Assembly (NCBI GenBank): GCA_021813945.1
Contig: JAKAJD010000002.1
Span: forward strand, 241,719-305,718
Direction of reading: 5' to 3'
DNA: 64,000 nt
From: a bacterium
Lineage (GTDB): Bacteria; Patescibacteriota; Microgenomatia; Curtissbacterales; GWA2-41-24
Made by a program: the position numbers and the translations under genes. Within the stretch, counting starts at the first letter, position 1, and every line of letters begins with the position of its first letter. This document shows, piece after piece, positions 27,065 through 36,735 of the stretch. The notes under the pieces were generated by a model. The model saw only the letters and a list, made by a program, of their open reading frames with translations. It was not told the origin of the DNA and did not search any database.

Positions 27065-27871
27065 ATGGAAAGAACCGGACGACACCCAAGATCACCTGAA
27101 GCCGAACATTTTGTAACCACGCGCATGGTTGTAAAAATTGGAACAAGCACCATAACCGGAGGCAAAAGGCAGCCGGATATGGATTTCATGAGGGACATTG
27201 CTAGGCAATCTGCTGTACTTATCAGTTCAGGAATCGGTGTTGCAATAGTTTCAAGCGGTGCCGTAGCACTAGGCAAAGACGAACAAACCAACGGCGAAAG
27301 CATTTTAGAAAAACAAGCCTCCGCACTGTATGGTCAGCCACGGTTAATTGCGAACTGGTTGAGCGCCTTTGAAGCAAATGGAATAGAACATGTGGGACAG
27401 GCACTTTATACCGACGCTGATTTCGAAAGCCACCCAAATAATATAAAGGAAGTATTACTAAAAGGCCTAAGACGAGGACCGGTAATCATAAATTACAACG
27501 ACGCCGTTGCCGACATAGAAATGCGAAAAGTCGACAGATCTGTAGATAACGACGCGCTGGCCGGTAAAGTCGCGCAACTGATTGATGCTGACCTTTTAAT
27601 CCTCACGGACGTAGACGGCGTAATGGACGGGGGCGAACGGATAGCATATGTTCAAAATCTTCAGGACATAGCAGATTTACTGCATAAAGGGGGAACAGGT
27701 ACCGGTGGAGCGCAGAGTAAATGTGATGAAGCAAAAAAAGCTGCAGATCTGGGAAAAATTTCCGTTATTGCAAACGGCCGGGCAAAGGATGTTATCTTAA
27801 AGGTCGCAAGGGGAGAATCCGTCGGCACAAGATTTTATGCCGATCCTAAATGGATGTTCCCTTCGGGGTAA
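27065..27871 (+). CDS. amino-acid-kinase-family protein (glutamate 5-kinase-like, no PUA domain)
   Basis: VVKIGTSTITG and VSSGAVALG motifs; ATG preceded by TGTATAAT-N8. Confidence 0.5.
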   Translation: MERTGRHPRSPEAEHFVTTRMVVKIGTSTITGGKRQPDMDFMRDIARQSAVLISSGIGVAIVSSGAVALGKDEQTNGESILEKQASALYGQPRLIANWLSAFEANGIEHVGQALYTDADFESHPNNIKEVLLKGLRRGPVIINYNDAVADIEMRKVDRSVDNDALAGKVAQLIDADLLILTDVDGVMDGGERIAYVQNLQDIADLLHKGGTGTGGAQSKCDEAKKAADLGKISVIANGRAKDVILKVARGESVGTRFYADPKWMFPSG

Positions 27872-27936
27872 AACTACTTTCTCGCAAAAACTAAAAACGT
27901 TTGACAATTTAAGCAAAAAAGCCTAACCTATGCCCC

Positions 27937-28734
27937 ATGTCATTAAGAGAAAGAATACATACGCCAGGTACTTGTCAAACCACGGAGACTCTGATCACAG
28001 CATATACAAACGGGTGTTTCCCAACACCATTTCACGAAGGTGAAGACCCAGACTTAGCCCGTATTGTTTATCAGCGCATATCGGAAATTCCATTCTCACA
28101 ATATTGGAGAGATCTTTTTGAATCGTTTAAGCGTTATAACGGAGATCCAGCAGGTTACTTTGCTCAACAAATTTTTCGCAAAGCGGAAACTTCTGACGGC
28201 GTTGAACTTTATGCATATGTTGCAGAAATGCTTGCTGATCGGTTTCCAGATAGGGTTCTTGAAGCAGATGTTGAAAGCCCGATTTTAAATACTGATCAAG
28301 CTGGTTTGGTTGGTCTTTCGCCGCTGGCTAAATTCTTAAAAGATAGAAGGAATGAGTTTGAATCTGCAACGGTTAAATTCTATCCTGCCCCTCCAGAGAT
28401 ATCGGATACATGGATTAGTTTTGTTAACGCTCTTGCTACGGCAAACCCAGAGCTTCACCAGCTTGTCGTTGATGAACTACGCAAAAATTACACAGACGCA
28501 CTTATTGAAACAGACGCGGAAATTGAAGAGTGGGAGGGAGTATTTGGTGGTTATGATTCACTTGACCAAAGGCATGAACTTAAAAGAACTATCGCAAAGA
28601 TCCTAAGCCATTTTCCAGACATTGTCATCTCTGGCTTAAAAAAACCATTCCCACGGAGTGCAAAAGAAAATTCGGCTAGTAAAAATATACTAAGTGCACA
28701 AGTAGAAAACCTTCAGCTTGAAAAGGAATCGTAG
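27937..28734 (+). CDS. hypothetical protein (265 aa), acidic, no recognised domain
   Basis: Long ORF, codon usage looks GC-richer than the neighbours. Confidence 0.4.
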   Translation: MSLRERIHTPGTCQTTETLITAYTNGCFPTPFHEGEDPDLARIVYQRISEIPFSQYWRDLFESFKRYNGDPAGYFAQQIFRKAETSDGVELYAYVAEMLADRFPDRVLEADVESPILNTDQAGLVGLSPLAKFLKDRRNEFESATVKFYPAPPEISDTWISFVNALATANPELHQLVVDELRKNYTDALIETDAEIEEWEGVFGGYDSLDQRHELKRTIAKILSHFPDIVISGLKKPFPRSAKENSASKNILSAQVENLQLEKES

Positions 28735-28745
28735 TTTAAAAGCAC

Positions 28746-29258
28746 TTATTTTTTAACTTTATAATGCAGTCTGGCAAGCTTATTAGAAATCGCAAGTACC
28801 TCCAAAAGTTCTAAATCAACATCGATTTCCATATCACTAAAAAGCTTTTTACCCTTGCCCCAAATAACCGGATCAATATCAACGTAAATTTCATCTAACA
28901 AACCTTCTTTAAGAAAACTCGCGTTAACTCCGCCACCGCCTTCAACAAGCGCTTGGGCAAAACCAGCTTTTTCAACTGCCCCTAAAGCATCCCCAGGAGA
29001 TTTAGCAATGATATCTTTGGCACTGCCCCTTTCTTTTTGTGAAGTAGAAACAACAACGACAAGGGGATTGCCGATTTTTCCTCTAAAATCCGGATCACTA
29101 AGAAGAAGTCTATATGTATTGCCGCCGATTATTATATTCTTTGTCCTTTTTACGAAATCACAATACGCTTGCCATGATTCATCCGACCAAGGAGTATCGT
29201 CGTTTTCCTTGGCGACATATCCGTTGAGGGTCATCGCCATGTATAAAATCGTTTTCAT
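28746..29258 (-). CDS. RibD C-terminal domain / DHFR-like reductase family protein
   Basis: MTLNGYVA...IIGGNTY...ALVEGGGGV motifs. Confidence 0.6.
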   Translation of the reverse strand: MKTILYMAMTLNGYVAKENDDTPWSDESWQAYCDFVKRTKNIIIGGNTYRLLLSDPDFRGKIGNPLVVVVSTSQKERGSAKDIIAKSPGDALGAVEKAGFAQALVEGGGGVNASFLKEGLLDEIYVDIDPVIWGKGKKLFSDMEIDVDLELLEVLAISNKLARLHYKVKK

Positions 29259-29267
29259 AACCTTTTC

Positions 29268-29870
29268 TCAATTCTTAGCTAAAATAAACTCCAAAAGCTC
29301 CGGAAATTTTGTTGATTTTAAATCCTTAAAACAGAAATGACCGTAATTATGGAATTCTTTATAATCAATATCCTTTATGGTTTTTCTAAGAATAGCAACA
29401 GTTTTTTGAACACTTTCCATGTCGTTGTCGGAATTGAAAATCGTTATGCCACCCGTCCTTTTTACAAGCTCCACATCTATTTGGAAATCATCAAAAAAAT
29501 TTTTGGTAAACTCGCGGTTGGGGTCAAGCCATGGAGCAACCAGAATAACTTTATCCACTTTCAACTTTGGGTTAATACATAAATATTTGACAAAAAACCC
29601 GGCACCTGTGCTGTGTCCAACCAGAATTGTCTCCGGCCCAATGTCAAAACGCTCTACTTCTTTTAGCCAAACATTCCAATTCCTATCGAAAGCCCACGGC
29701 ACTTCTGGTGTGGCTGTTGGAATATCCGCCTTTAACAGTTGTCCTTGCAGCCATGGTATCCAATGGGCATTGCTCATGCTCGGAGCTTCTGGATCATAAT
29801 ATTCTTTTTTGCTGGGACCACCGTGAAGTATGATTGCGTTTTTCACAAATTGATTATATAACGCCATCAC
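29268..29870 (-). CDS. alpha/beta hydrolase (YdeN/RBBP9-like serine hydrolase)
   Basis: GHSTGAG nucleophile elbow, ~200 aa. Confidence 0.55.
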   Translation of the reverse strand: MMALYNQFVKNAIILHGGPSKKEYYDPEAPSMSNAHWIPWLQGQLLKADIPTATPEVPWAFDRNWNVWLKEVERFDIGPETILVGHSTGAGFFVKYLCINPKLKVDKVILVAPWLDPNREFTKNFFDDFQIDVELVKRTGGITIFNSDNDMESVQKTVAILRKTIKDIDYKEFHNYGHFCFKDLKSTKFPELLEFILAKN

Positions 29871-29872
29871 AT

Positions 29873-30802
29873 CTACATGGGGCGTTCTTTGATCGGTAAT
29901 ATTTGATTATCATAGATGAAATTAGCGATTTCATGCCCAATAAAATCCACGCCCTCGAAGGAAGGGTGGATGTAATCATCCGGATTAATGTATTTTAGAT
30001 TTCCATCTCCCTGGTCATTTAGCGATTTGCTGAATATATCGATTACCGGAATATTGTGAGACTTCGCGTAGTCGATGTGGTTTTTTATGTAGCTAATCCG
30101 TTCCTCAGCTTGTTTAACTCTGGCCTCAGTCGTGATATTAAGCTCTATTTTTTTGGCATAATTTGCTTTGCTTGGAGCAATAGTTGCCACAAAAACAATA
30201 GCTGAGTTGGGATGAGTAGTAATGAGAGTTTTCATCAGCTCATCTAGCGCCTGGTTTTGTTTTTTGAGACCCTCCGCAACAGGAAGCGGTGAAAGGGGAT
30301 TATAACCAAAGGATTCGACCAAAATGAGATCAAATTGCCTTGAAAGTAATGGCTCAAATGTTGAATCCCAATAGGTGGTTTTTTTGGTTAGTTCATCACC
30401 TACCGACAAAATATTGACTGCAGCGTGAGCGTAATTATCTACTAAAATTGATATGCCGTTCTTTTTGTACAAATCATTGATAAATTGATTAAAAGTTCCT
30501 CCATGGGGACCCAATGCATGGGTCATAGAATCTCCAATCATAAAAATCGTGTAGGCATTTTTCTTTTCGATTTTAGGCGGAGTATAGCTGCGAAAAACGA
30601 ATGGTGTAGGAGAAGGAGCCCTATTTTGAAAATAACCTGTCAGCTTTTGCGCTGATGTTTTAGAGCTTATCAAATAGACAGCAAAAGCAGAAAATACTAA
30701 AAATCCAACAAGAATAATCAAAAATAGAAAACTTTTTTTTATTTTGAAGATATTCAAGTGCCTCACCCTATAAGGGTAAGATTTTTCTGCAGGAATTTTC
30801 AA
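29873..30802 (-). CDS. secreted SGNH/GDSL-family hydrolase
   Basis: N-terminal TM/signal; FMIGDSMTH block I; DxxH near the C-terminus. Confidence 0.55.
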   Translation of the reverse strand: MKIPAEKSYPYRVRHLNIFKIKKSFLFLIILVGFLVFSAFAVYLISSKTSAQKLTGYFQNRAPSPTPFVFRSYTPPKIEKKNAYTIFMIGDSMTHALGPHGGTFNQFINDLYKKNGISILVDNYAHAAVNILSVGDELTKKTTYWDSTFEPLLSRQFDLILVESFGYNPLSPLPVAEGLKKQNQALDELMKTLITTHPNSAIVFVATIAPSKANYAKKIELNITTEARVKQAEERISYIKNHIDYAKSHNIPVIDIFSKSLNDQGDGNLKYINPDDYIHPSFEGVDFIGHEIANFIYDNQILPIKERPM

Positions 30803-30847
30803 GTTGCTGAGCAGGCCGGTCTAGAACCTCTTTATCATTATAAAAAA

Positions 30848-31648
30848 TTAGTAAACTCGAAGTCCGTCAATACTGATAGTGTACTTAAGCGGCAAACTTG
30901 GATCTCTTCTATCTTCTGGAATTGTTACAACATAAAAAGGAGCTATTTTTCTATTTATAGTCATTGCTATTAGATCCTCTATAAAATCAGAAATATTTGC
31001 TGACATTATTTTTACAACCTTATCTATTTCTTTGCCATTAATTTTTGGAATTAGGACAACGACCTCACTACCCGTGCTATGTTGATATTTAACATTTCCC
31101 GGCGAAAAGCCATGGTGTTCAATTTGATTTCTTATCTCATTAAAGACTGAGTACCATTGTCGATCATTTGTTAACATTTCAATAACGGTCTTTATATTTG
31201 GATCTTTTTCTACAAGAGCATCCGCTCTTTTTTTGAATTTTTTATCATCTTGAAAGAAAAATCCAATATCCAGATCATACCTTTTACAAAGTTTTTGTAG
31301 GCCTTTCAAGGCTATTTCACCTTTTATGAAGAAATCTTTAAAAAGCTTGTTCATTTCTCTATCAATGGATTCATGAATTTCCAGAATTGCCCCATTATTC
31401 TGAAAACCAACTATCTCTTTTGATTGGATTTTACCCCTGTGTTTTGCGACCAATTCCAACAATTGTTTTTTACATTCCAAACAATCATCTAAGCTTTCGA
31501 AAACTGGAGAATATAAATTATCAAATTCCAATCTTTCTTTATCACTCTTTACCAATGCATCTCGCAGTTTCATTACACCAAACATCATCCTTGCATTAAA
31601 CGGATCCTCAGTACCTGTATTTTTGTATTTAATTAATGTACCTTTCAT
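30848..31648 (-). CDS. hypothetical protein (266 aa)
   Basis: Long ORF directly upstream of the tRNA-Gln 3' side; no recognisable motifs. Confidence 0.4.
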   Translation of the reverse strand: MKGTLIKYKNTGTEDPFNARMMFGVMKLRDALVKSDKERLEFDNLYSPVFESLDDCLECKKQLLELVAKHRGKIQSKEIVGFQNNGAILEIHESIDREMNKLFKDFFIKGEIALKGLQKLCKRYDLDIGFFFQDDKKFKKRADALVEKDPNIKTVIEMLTNDRQWYSVFNEIRNQIEHHGFSPGNVKYQHSTGSEVVVLIPKINGKEIDKVVKIMSANISDFIEDLIAMTINRKIAPFYVVTIPEDRRDPSLPLKYTISIDGLRVY

Positions 31649-31683
31649 GGGAAAGTACGGTCACCTTGGGGTGCCCGTTAGTG

Positions 31684-31754
31684 CTGCGGGACTAGGATTC
31701 GAACCTAGATAGACGGATCCAGAATCCGTCGTCCTACCATTAGACGATCCCGCA
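31684..31754 (-). tRNA. tRNA-Gln (anticodon CUG)
   Basis: Manual fold: 7-bp acceptor TGCGGGA/TCCCGCA, D arm GTCT-AATGGTA-GGAC, anticodon stem ACGGA/TCCGT with loop TTCTGGA, T arm CTAGG-TTCGAAT-CCTAG. Confidence 0.8.
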
Positions 31755-31824
31755 TCGTGAAGCTAATTTTATCATTTTTTAACATTATCAGGAACGAAAG
31801 TAAGCAATTGGCTTTTGAAATTCT

Positions 31825-32409
31825 CTAAATTACGTTAAAAAGTTTCAAAAAAACGTATGGCTCCAACAACCCTAAAACCCCACCAGCCGTAATTTGCCAC
31901 AAGGAATGTTTTTTTAAGTAAAAACGGGCAAAGGCAACGAATGGTATAAGAGCAAAAAGCCACAAAAACTGCCACTCAAAAAGATAACTAAGGATATATA
32001 TTCCTGTGCAGTTAATTATCATATGACCGCTTATTTTCCACTTTAAGGTTATTAAAAAGAGCGTTGCCGTTATTACAAAACCCGTAGCAAACAACGCAAA
32101 AAATTGATGGTTTCCTAAAAAATAAACAAAAAAACACGAAATAAACGAAGCTACCGATCCGAAACCAAAGAGCTTGTAGCGCTCGCGTCTTCTGGTAATA
32201 TCAATGTCACTAATATCACCATCCCTTAAAAGTATTAAAAATATAACGATTGGGGCAATAACATCAACTACCACTAAAAGTGGCCCCATAATTTTTATCT
32301 GCGAAGCAGAAAGACCGGTGTTAAAAAGAGCAACGGAAAGAAGTATAGTTACCCACAGCGGAAAGTCAAAAATGCGTGAAACAATTTGCGCAAATAATTT
32401 AAGGGACAT
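31825..32409 (-). CDS. polytopic membrane protein, hypothetical
   Basis: 194 aa, ~6 TM helices. Confidence 0.4.
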   Translation of the reverse strand: MSLKLFAQIVSRIFDFPLWVTILLSVALFNTGLSASQIKIMGPLLVVVDVIAPIVIFLILLRDGDISDIDITRRRERYKLFGFGSVASFISCFFVYFLGNHQFFALFATGFVITATLFLITLKWKISGHMIINCTGIYILSYLFEWQFLWLFALIPFVAFARFYLKKHSLWQITAGGVLGLLEPYVFLKLFNVI

Positions 32410-32484
32410 GATACTAAGCTATTCAATTAATTATATATAAATTCGCAGATAAATATTTGGCAGTAATTTTGGTAATATACATTT

Positions 32485-32871
32485 ATGGCACAGAACATTT
32501 TAAAAGTAGAACAGAGAAGCTTTAAGTATGCCCTCGAAGGATTATCCTACGCTCTAAAAAGCCAGCTGAATTTTAAAATACAACTCATCATTGGGTTAAT
32601 AACTGTTTTGGTTGCTGCCGTTTTAGGTTTTTCCTATTACGACTGGATAATTTTGCTCATTTTAATTTGCCTGGTGCTTTCGGCCGAGCTTACAAATACC
32701 GTTTTAGAAAAGGTAACAGACATAGTTCAACCCGAAATTCACCCCGAAGTAAAAATTGCCAAGGATCTTGCGGCTGGAATTGTACTTTTAATTGCCGTTT
32801 TTTCAGTTATAATTGGCATTCTTTTGTTCTACCCGCACATAACCGCTCTGTTTGGCTCACAGTTACGTTGA
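32485..32871 (+). CDS. dgkA: diacylglycerol kinase / undecaprenol kinase (DgkA family)
   Basis: Three TM helices and SAELTNTVLE signature. Confidence 0.75.
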   Translation: MAQNILKVEQRSFKYALEGLSYALKSQLNFKIQLIIGLITVLVAAVLGFSYYDWIILLILICLVLSAELTNTVLEKVTDIVQPEIHPEVKIAKDLAAGIVLLIAVFSVIIGILLFYPHITALFGSQLR

Positions 32872-32933
32872 AGTCCACATTGATAAACTACGAGTAGAAA
32901 GAAACCCCTAAAAGTGCTATATCTTTAAGTAGT

Positions 32934-33131
32934 ATGGCAAAAGAGTGGAAAGGTATGAGAGGTGGCGCAGGAGCAGGTGGAGGCGCAGTCTACGGACTAG
33001 GTCTAATCGGCGCAATAATCTATTATCTTCAACATGCCACAACTTTTTCTCAAGGCGTACTGGGAATTATAAAAGCCATTTTCTGGCCGGCCTTTTTCGT
33101 CTACAAAATCTTCGAACTGCTAAAGCTCTAA
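32934..33131 (+). CDS. small Gly-rich membrane protein
   Basis: 65 aa, Gly zipper + TM helix. Confidence 0.3.
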   Translation: MAKEWKGMRGGAGAGGGAVYGLGLIGAIIYYLQHATTFSQGVLGIIKAIFWPAFFVYKIFELLKL

Positions 33132-34616
33132 ATCTGGGTCTAACGCATCAATTATTTTATCTCCGGCTCTTGTCACCCCGCTTAAGTATGGGTCACTATC
33201 GATAAATCTTCGGGTCATCTGAAAAGCATTCTTTCTTAATGTGGTATCCATAGCTAAGGCGTCTTCTAAACTTTCTACACTTCTAAAAAAGCCCTTCTCA
33301 AAAGCACTTAGAGTTCTTGGATCTGCCAGTCCCATCGAAAGGTAATAGGCGAGATATGGCAAGTTTTCCCCGTAACCTGCATAAATCCCAAGCTGACCAT
33401 GTCTTCCTCTGTTGCCTCCCCACAACCCGGTAAACTTATATTCCTTGCCTATCACTTTTACGGTTTGGCCTAGGTATATCGCTCCAAAATCAATCTCTTC
33501 CGAGCTACCTCTTTCAGGTACATTTTCAAACATGCCTGCATAAATTAAAAACCCTAGCCCCCTTAAATTTCCAAGCGCTCGACGGTCAGTTTTACTTTCC
33601 CAAGTAAAATCCGTCTCTTCCTGTCGGTTAATTGTTATCGTAAAAAATGCCTTGTCCAGCTCGGGCAATAAACGCTTCATGTGACTCCAGTTCGCAATTG
33701 TTACTGGATAAATAGATGGGTTCATCCGTACCTCGATAACGCCGCGATCGTTACGAGATGTCTGGACGTAAGATTTTTTTTGATACGCGGACATATTTAG
33801 AAGTGCCAGCTTTTTCCAAAAATCCGGAACCTGCTCTGCAATCTCTGGCTGAAAATGGAATTCAGCGCCTACAGTCGGAAACCCTTCAAAAGCGGCCATT
33901 TCTTCCTTTATATTTGGAAATGGACGTTTGTCTTGTCGGTCAATTTTGTCGAAAAATGAACGTAATCTGGCAACCTGGGAAAGACCCAAATCCTCAGTCG
34001 CCAAGGGGTCTATGTGGTCTTCGCTAACTGCCTCGGCCATATGGTATACGGATCCGGCAAAGTTATTGTCGTGACGCAAAGAACCCCCCGAAAGCACATA
34101 TATTGTGGAGGCTGCTGCAATTGCGTCTGCGCTGCGTTTGCCACCCAACATACACATTCTTGCAACGAATTCGACCTCTCTTTTGAGATAATCTATATTT
34201 TCAATAGTGTTCGGATATTCCCAACGCTGGCGAACAACTCCTCCCAAGATGAAGGCTATTCTGGCTGCCAGATTTTCATCCACATTCCTGTATCTTCTGA
34301 TTACATCAGTAACAGATTGCTGGGATAACGTTGCTCTAAAACCATCGGACCCAAAGTCAGCATCTGAAAAGAAGTTGCTGGGTTGATTTGGTCCGAAAAA
34401 TGCTATCTTCTGACCCTCAAATTCTTTTAAGAAGGGCCGTATTGCCTCTTTGCCGAAAGTCCATTCACCACCCGATGGCAAATATAAACCGTTACAGTGC
34501 ATTGCAAAGTGAAAATCTTGCTCTTCCCGAGTTAAACGTTCGTCAAAGCCTTCTAACTCTATCCCAGCCCTGAAGCTTCCAACTGCAGATAAGTATAAAC
34601 TGTGTTCTTGACTCAT
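33120..34616 (-). CDS. large conserved hypothetical (498 aa) with weak carboxylate-amine ligase (GCS2-like) motifs
   Basis: AGIELEGFD near the N-terminus, GAEFHFQPE, GVIEVRMNPS; looks GC-richer than the flanks. Confidence 0.4.
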   Translation of the reverse strand: MSQEHSLYLSAVGSFRAGIELEGFDERLTREEQDFHFAMHCNGLYLPSGGEWTFGKEAIRPFLKEFEGQKIAFFGPNQPSNFFSDADFGSDGFRATLSQQSVTDVIRRYRNVDENLAARIAFILGGVVRQRWEYPNTIENIDYLKREVEFVARMCMLGGKRSADAIAAASTIYVLSGGSLRHDNNFAGSVYHMAEAVSEDHIDPLATEDLGLSQVARLRSFFDKIDRQDKRPFPNIKEEMAAFEGFPTVGAEFHFQPEIAEQVPDFWKKLALLNMSAYQKKSYVQTSRNDRGVIEVRMNPSIYPVTIANWSHMKRLLPELDKAFFTITINRQEETDFTWESKTDRRALGNLRGLGFLIYAGMFENVPERGSSEEIDFGAIYLGQTVKVIGKEYKFTGLWGGNRGRHGQLGIYAGYGENLPYLAYYLSMGLADPRTLSAFEKGFFRSVESLEDALAMDTTLRKNAFQMTRRFIDSDPYLSGVTRAGDKIIDALDPDLEL

Positions 34617-34877
34617 AAAAAAAATTTCTTATGGACTGGCTATCTTACAGGAACAGGTATTTTTGGTGTAGCAGGCTGGGCGGGTACAGGAATTCTTATC
34701 GGTTTTGGGTCAGGGACTTCTGGCGCACTCCTCCTTCTAGGTGGACTAACAGGAATTCCCGGTTTTGCCATCTCAGGGACAAAAAAAAGGATGCGCTCGG
34801 ACATCATAAATTTAGAACAAATTATAGGCGTTGACTTATGCAAATTCAAGGCGGATTTTTAATTTTCCACGATCTGT

Positions 34878-34883
34878 TATAAT
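34878..34883 (+). promoter_or_regulatory. extended -10 (TGtTATAAT) 7 nt before an ATG; leaderless-type promoter for the hydrolase gene
   Basis: TGTTATAAT-N7-ATG (MSELVGH...). Confidence 0.4.
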
Positions 34884-34890
34884 TCCCGTC

Positions 34891-35634
34891 ATGTCAGAAT
34901 TAGTAGGTCATTCAGAAGAAGCACTTTATCAAGGTTCGCCCCTCAGATCATTTGACGGCACATTTCGAACACTAGATTACGGTAGGGAATTTGAAAAAAA
35001 AGTACAAATCGTGGTACACCCAAATAATTCTAGAAGGATTATTATTAATATTCCTGGCACTCGTGGAGAAATAGACGGATATCTCGACAAATATAAAGTT
35101 TTAGCCCGACATATCCAGGAAAGCGGTTTAGCGGCAGTTGTCAGAATTGGCAATGATTTTACCGGTTATCCCGATGATATTAATCTAAAGGCCGCACTAG
35201 ACTACACGAAAGGTCGTGCATGGGAAATATCGGGAGAGCCAAAGCCCGAACTGCTTTTGATGGGGTTTTCTGCAGGTGCAAGCGTCATTGCTGCAACTGC
35301 ACACGAGCATCCAGAAGTTACAAGAATTCTTTTATTTGCCCCTGCACGAGAAGCCATGAGTGTTAATGTTCAGGACGGTTTAAGGCAATTCGAAGGAGAA
35401 GTTTACATAGTAATTGGTGATAATGACGACAACGTCGGGACGCAGTCAGGCCAAATATTATATGATCGAGCAACTAGTGCCTCTCATAGGGAATTATTTG
35501 TTTTGCCAAACTGTGACCATCAATTTAGAGGAGAAGCAAACGGCAGGATCATTAGCGAAGCGCCTTTTTACGCATTCACAACTGGAGAAAAACCAAATTT
35601 TCCGGATCCTACAGGCGGAATAAAGCTGTATTAA
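34891..35634 (+). CDS. alpha/beta hydrolase (dienelactone hydrolase-like)
   Basis: GFSAGAS nucleophile motif. Start placed at the ATG after the -10 box; the ORF track offers a TTG at 34831. Confidence 0.5.
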   Translation: MSELVGHSEEALYQGSPLRSFDGTFRTLDYGREFEKKVQIVVHPNNSRRIIINIPGTRGEIDGYLDKYKVLARHIQESGLAAVVRIGNDFTGYPDDINLKAALDYTKGRAWEISGEPKPELLLMGFSAGASVIAATAHEHPEVTRILLFAPAREAMSVNVQDGLRQFEGEVYIVIGDNDDNVGTQSGQILYDRATSASHRELFVLPNCDHQFRGEANGRIISEAPFYAFTTGEKPNFPDPTGGIKLY

Positions 35635-35677
35635 AAAGCTTGACCACTTTTATTAAAAGTGGGATCATAATTTTTGC

Positions 35678-36271
35678 ATGGAAGAGCAATTTCAACAACA
35701 ATCACAACCTCAGCCGCCGACTCCGTCTCAGTCGCAACCTCAGCCTCAGCCGAATTTGCAGTCCAGCCCAAAAGGCAACAGCTCTAAAATCAAAATTGTG
35801 GCAATGATAGCGATTCTGGCAATAGTAGCTAGCTTACTTTACTATTTCGTCATAAGCAAAAAATTTCAGAAATCTCCACCCAAACCACAGTCGCAAACTT
35901 CGCAGGAAAATAGCTCAACACAATCGGCTATACCTCATGGCACCCAGATTACAAATTTAATAATCACAAAAATAGACCCTAAAAAAGGAAATTACCTTAT
36001 AGACAAAAAAGGCATGACACTTTATTCGTTCGACAAGGATACACCGGGAAAAAGTAACTGCAAGGATGAATGCCTTTCAATATGGCCAATTTTCGAATCT
36101 CCCAACCCACCGCCAGCTGATCTTGAAGGAGAAATAGGGATTATTAAATTGCCAAGTGGAAAATACATGTACACGTATTCAAATAAGCCGCTTTATTACT
36201 ACTCCAAGGATAAAAAACAGGGTGACACAAACGGTGAAAGTGTAGAAGGCTGGCACTTGGTCAGACCTTAA
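35678..36271 (+). CDS. membrane-anchored protein with lipoprotein Yx(FWY)xxD-type repeats (PF03640-like)
   Basis: Q/P-rich N-terminus, TM helix, then LYSFDKDTPGKSNCKDECLSIWP and LYYYSKDKKQGD...GWHLV repeats. Confidence 0.5.
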   Translation: MEEQFQQQSQPQPPTPSQSQPQPQPNLQSSPKGNSSKIKIVAMIAILAIVASLLYYFVISKKFQKSPPKPQSQTSQENSSTQSAIPHGTQITNLIITKIDPKKGNYLIDKKGMTLYSFDKDTPGKSNCKDECLSIWPIFESPNPPPADLEGEIGIIKLPSGKYMYTYSNKPLYYYSKDKKQGDTNGESVEGWHLVRP

Positions 36272-36322
36272 AGTTTCGCAATTATTGACAAAAACCGGCA
36301 TTCTTCCTAAACTCAGCAGACC

Positions 36323-36733
36323 ATGTTGGCAAAATCGATTGCGATTGTAGCAACAAGCTTTCACAAAAAGCACATAGATGTGATGCTAGAGGCTGCAAAA
36401 AAAGTCGCAAAACAAAAAAATCTTAGCATCAAAAAAGAAATTTGGATCCCAGGATCACTTGAAGCCCCACTTGCACTGCAGACCGTTCTCAGGTCAAAAG
36501 AAATCGATGGGGCGGTAGTTTTGGGCCTTATCGAACGGGGTCAGACCAAACACGGTTTGGTGATGGGTACGGCAGTCATATCCGCAATAATTAAAATTCA
36601 GCTTAAGCTGGAAAAACCAATTGGTGTCGGAATACTTGGCCCGGAAATTCTACCCAGCCAAATTAAACCTCGCCTTAAACCATATGCCCAAGACGCCGTC
36701 TTAGCAGTTTGGGAAATGCTAAACCTCAAATAG
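36323..36733 (+). CDS. ribH: 6,7-dimethyl-8-ribityllumazine synthase
   Basis: IAIVATSFH...WIPGSLEAP...GQTKHG motif pattern. Near-leaderless promoter TTGACA-17-TAAACT-11-ATG. Confidence 0.8.
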   Translation: MLAKSIAIVATSFHKKHIDVMLEAAKKVAKQKNLSIKKEIWIPGSLEAPLALQTVLRSKEIDGAVVLGLIERGQTKHGLVMGTAVISAIIKIQLKLEKPIGVGILGPEILPSQIKPRLKPYAQDAVLAVWEMLNLK

Positions 36734-36735
36734 TC

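Noticed and set aside
27937-31760. An integrated prophage or genomic island at tRNA-Gln
   Set aside because: No integrase, no phage structural genes and no duplicated tRNA 3'-end attachment repeat were found. The contents are ordinary hydrolases.
34602-34862. Two mutually antisense small ORFs (86 and 69 aa) in the divergent intergenic region
   Set aside because: They overlap each other and the flanking gene starts, lack start-site context, and the region is better explained as a promoter with a TGTTATAAT box.
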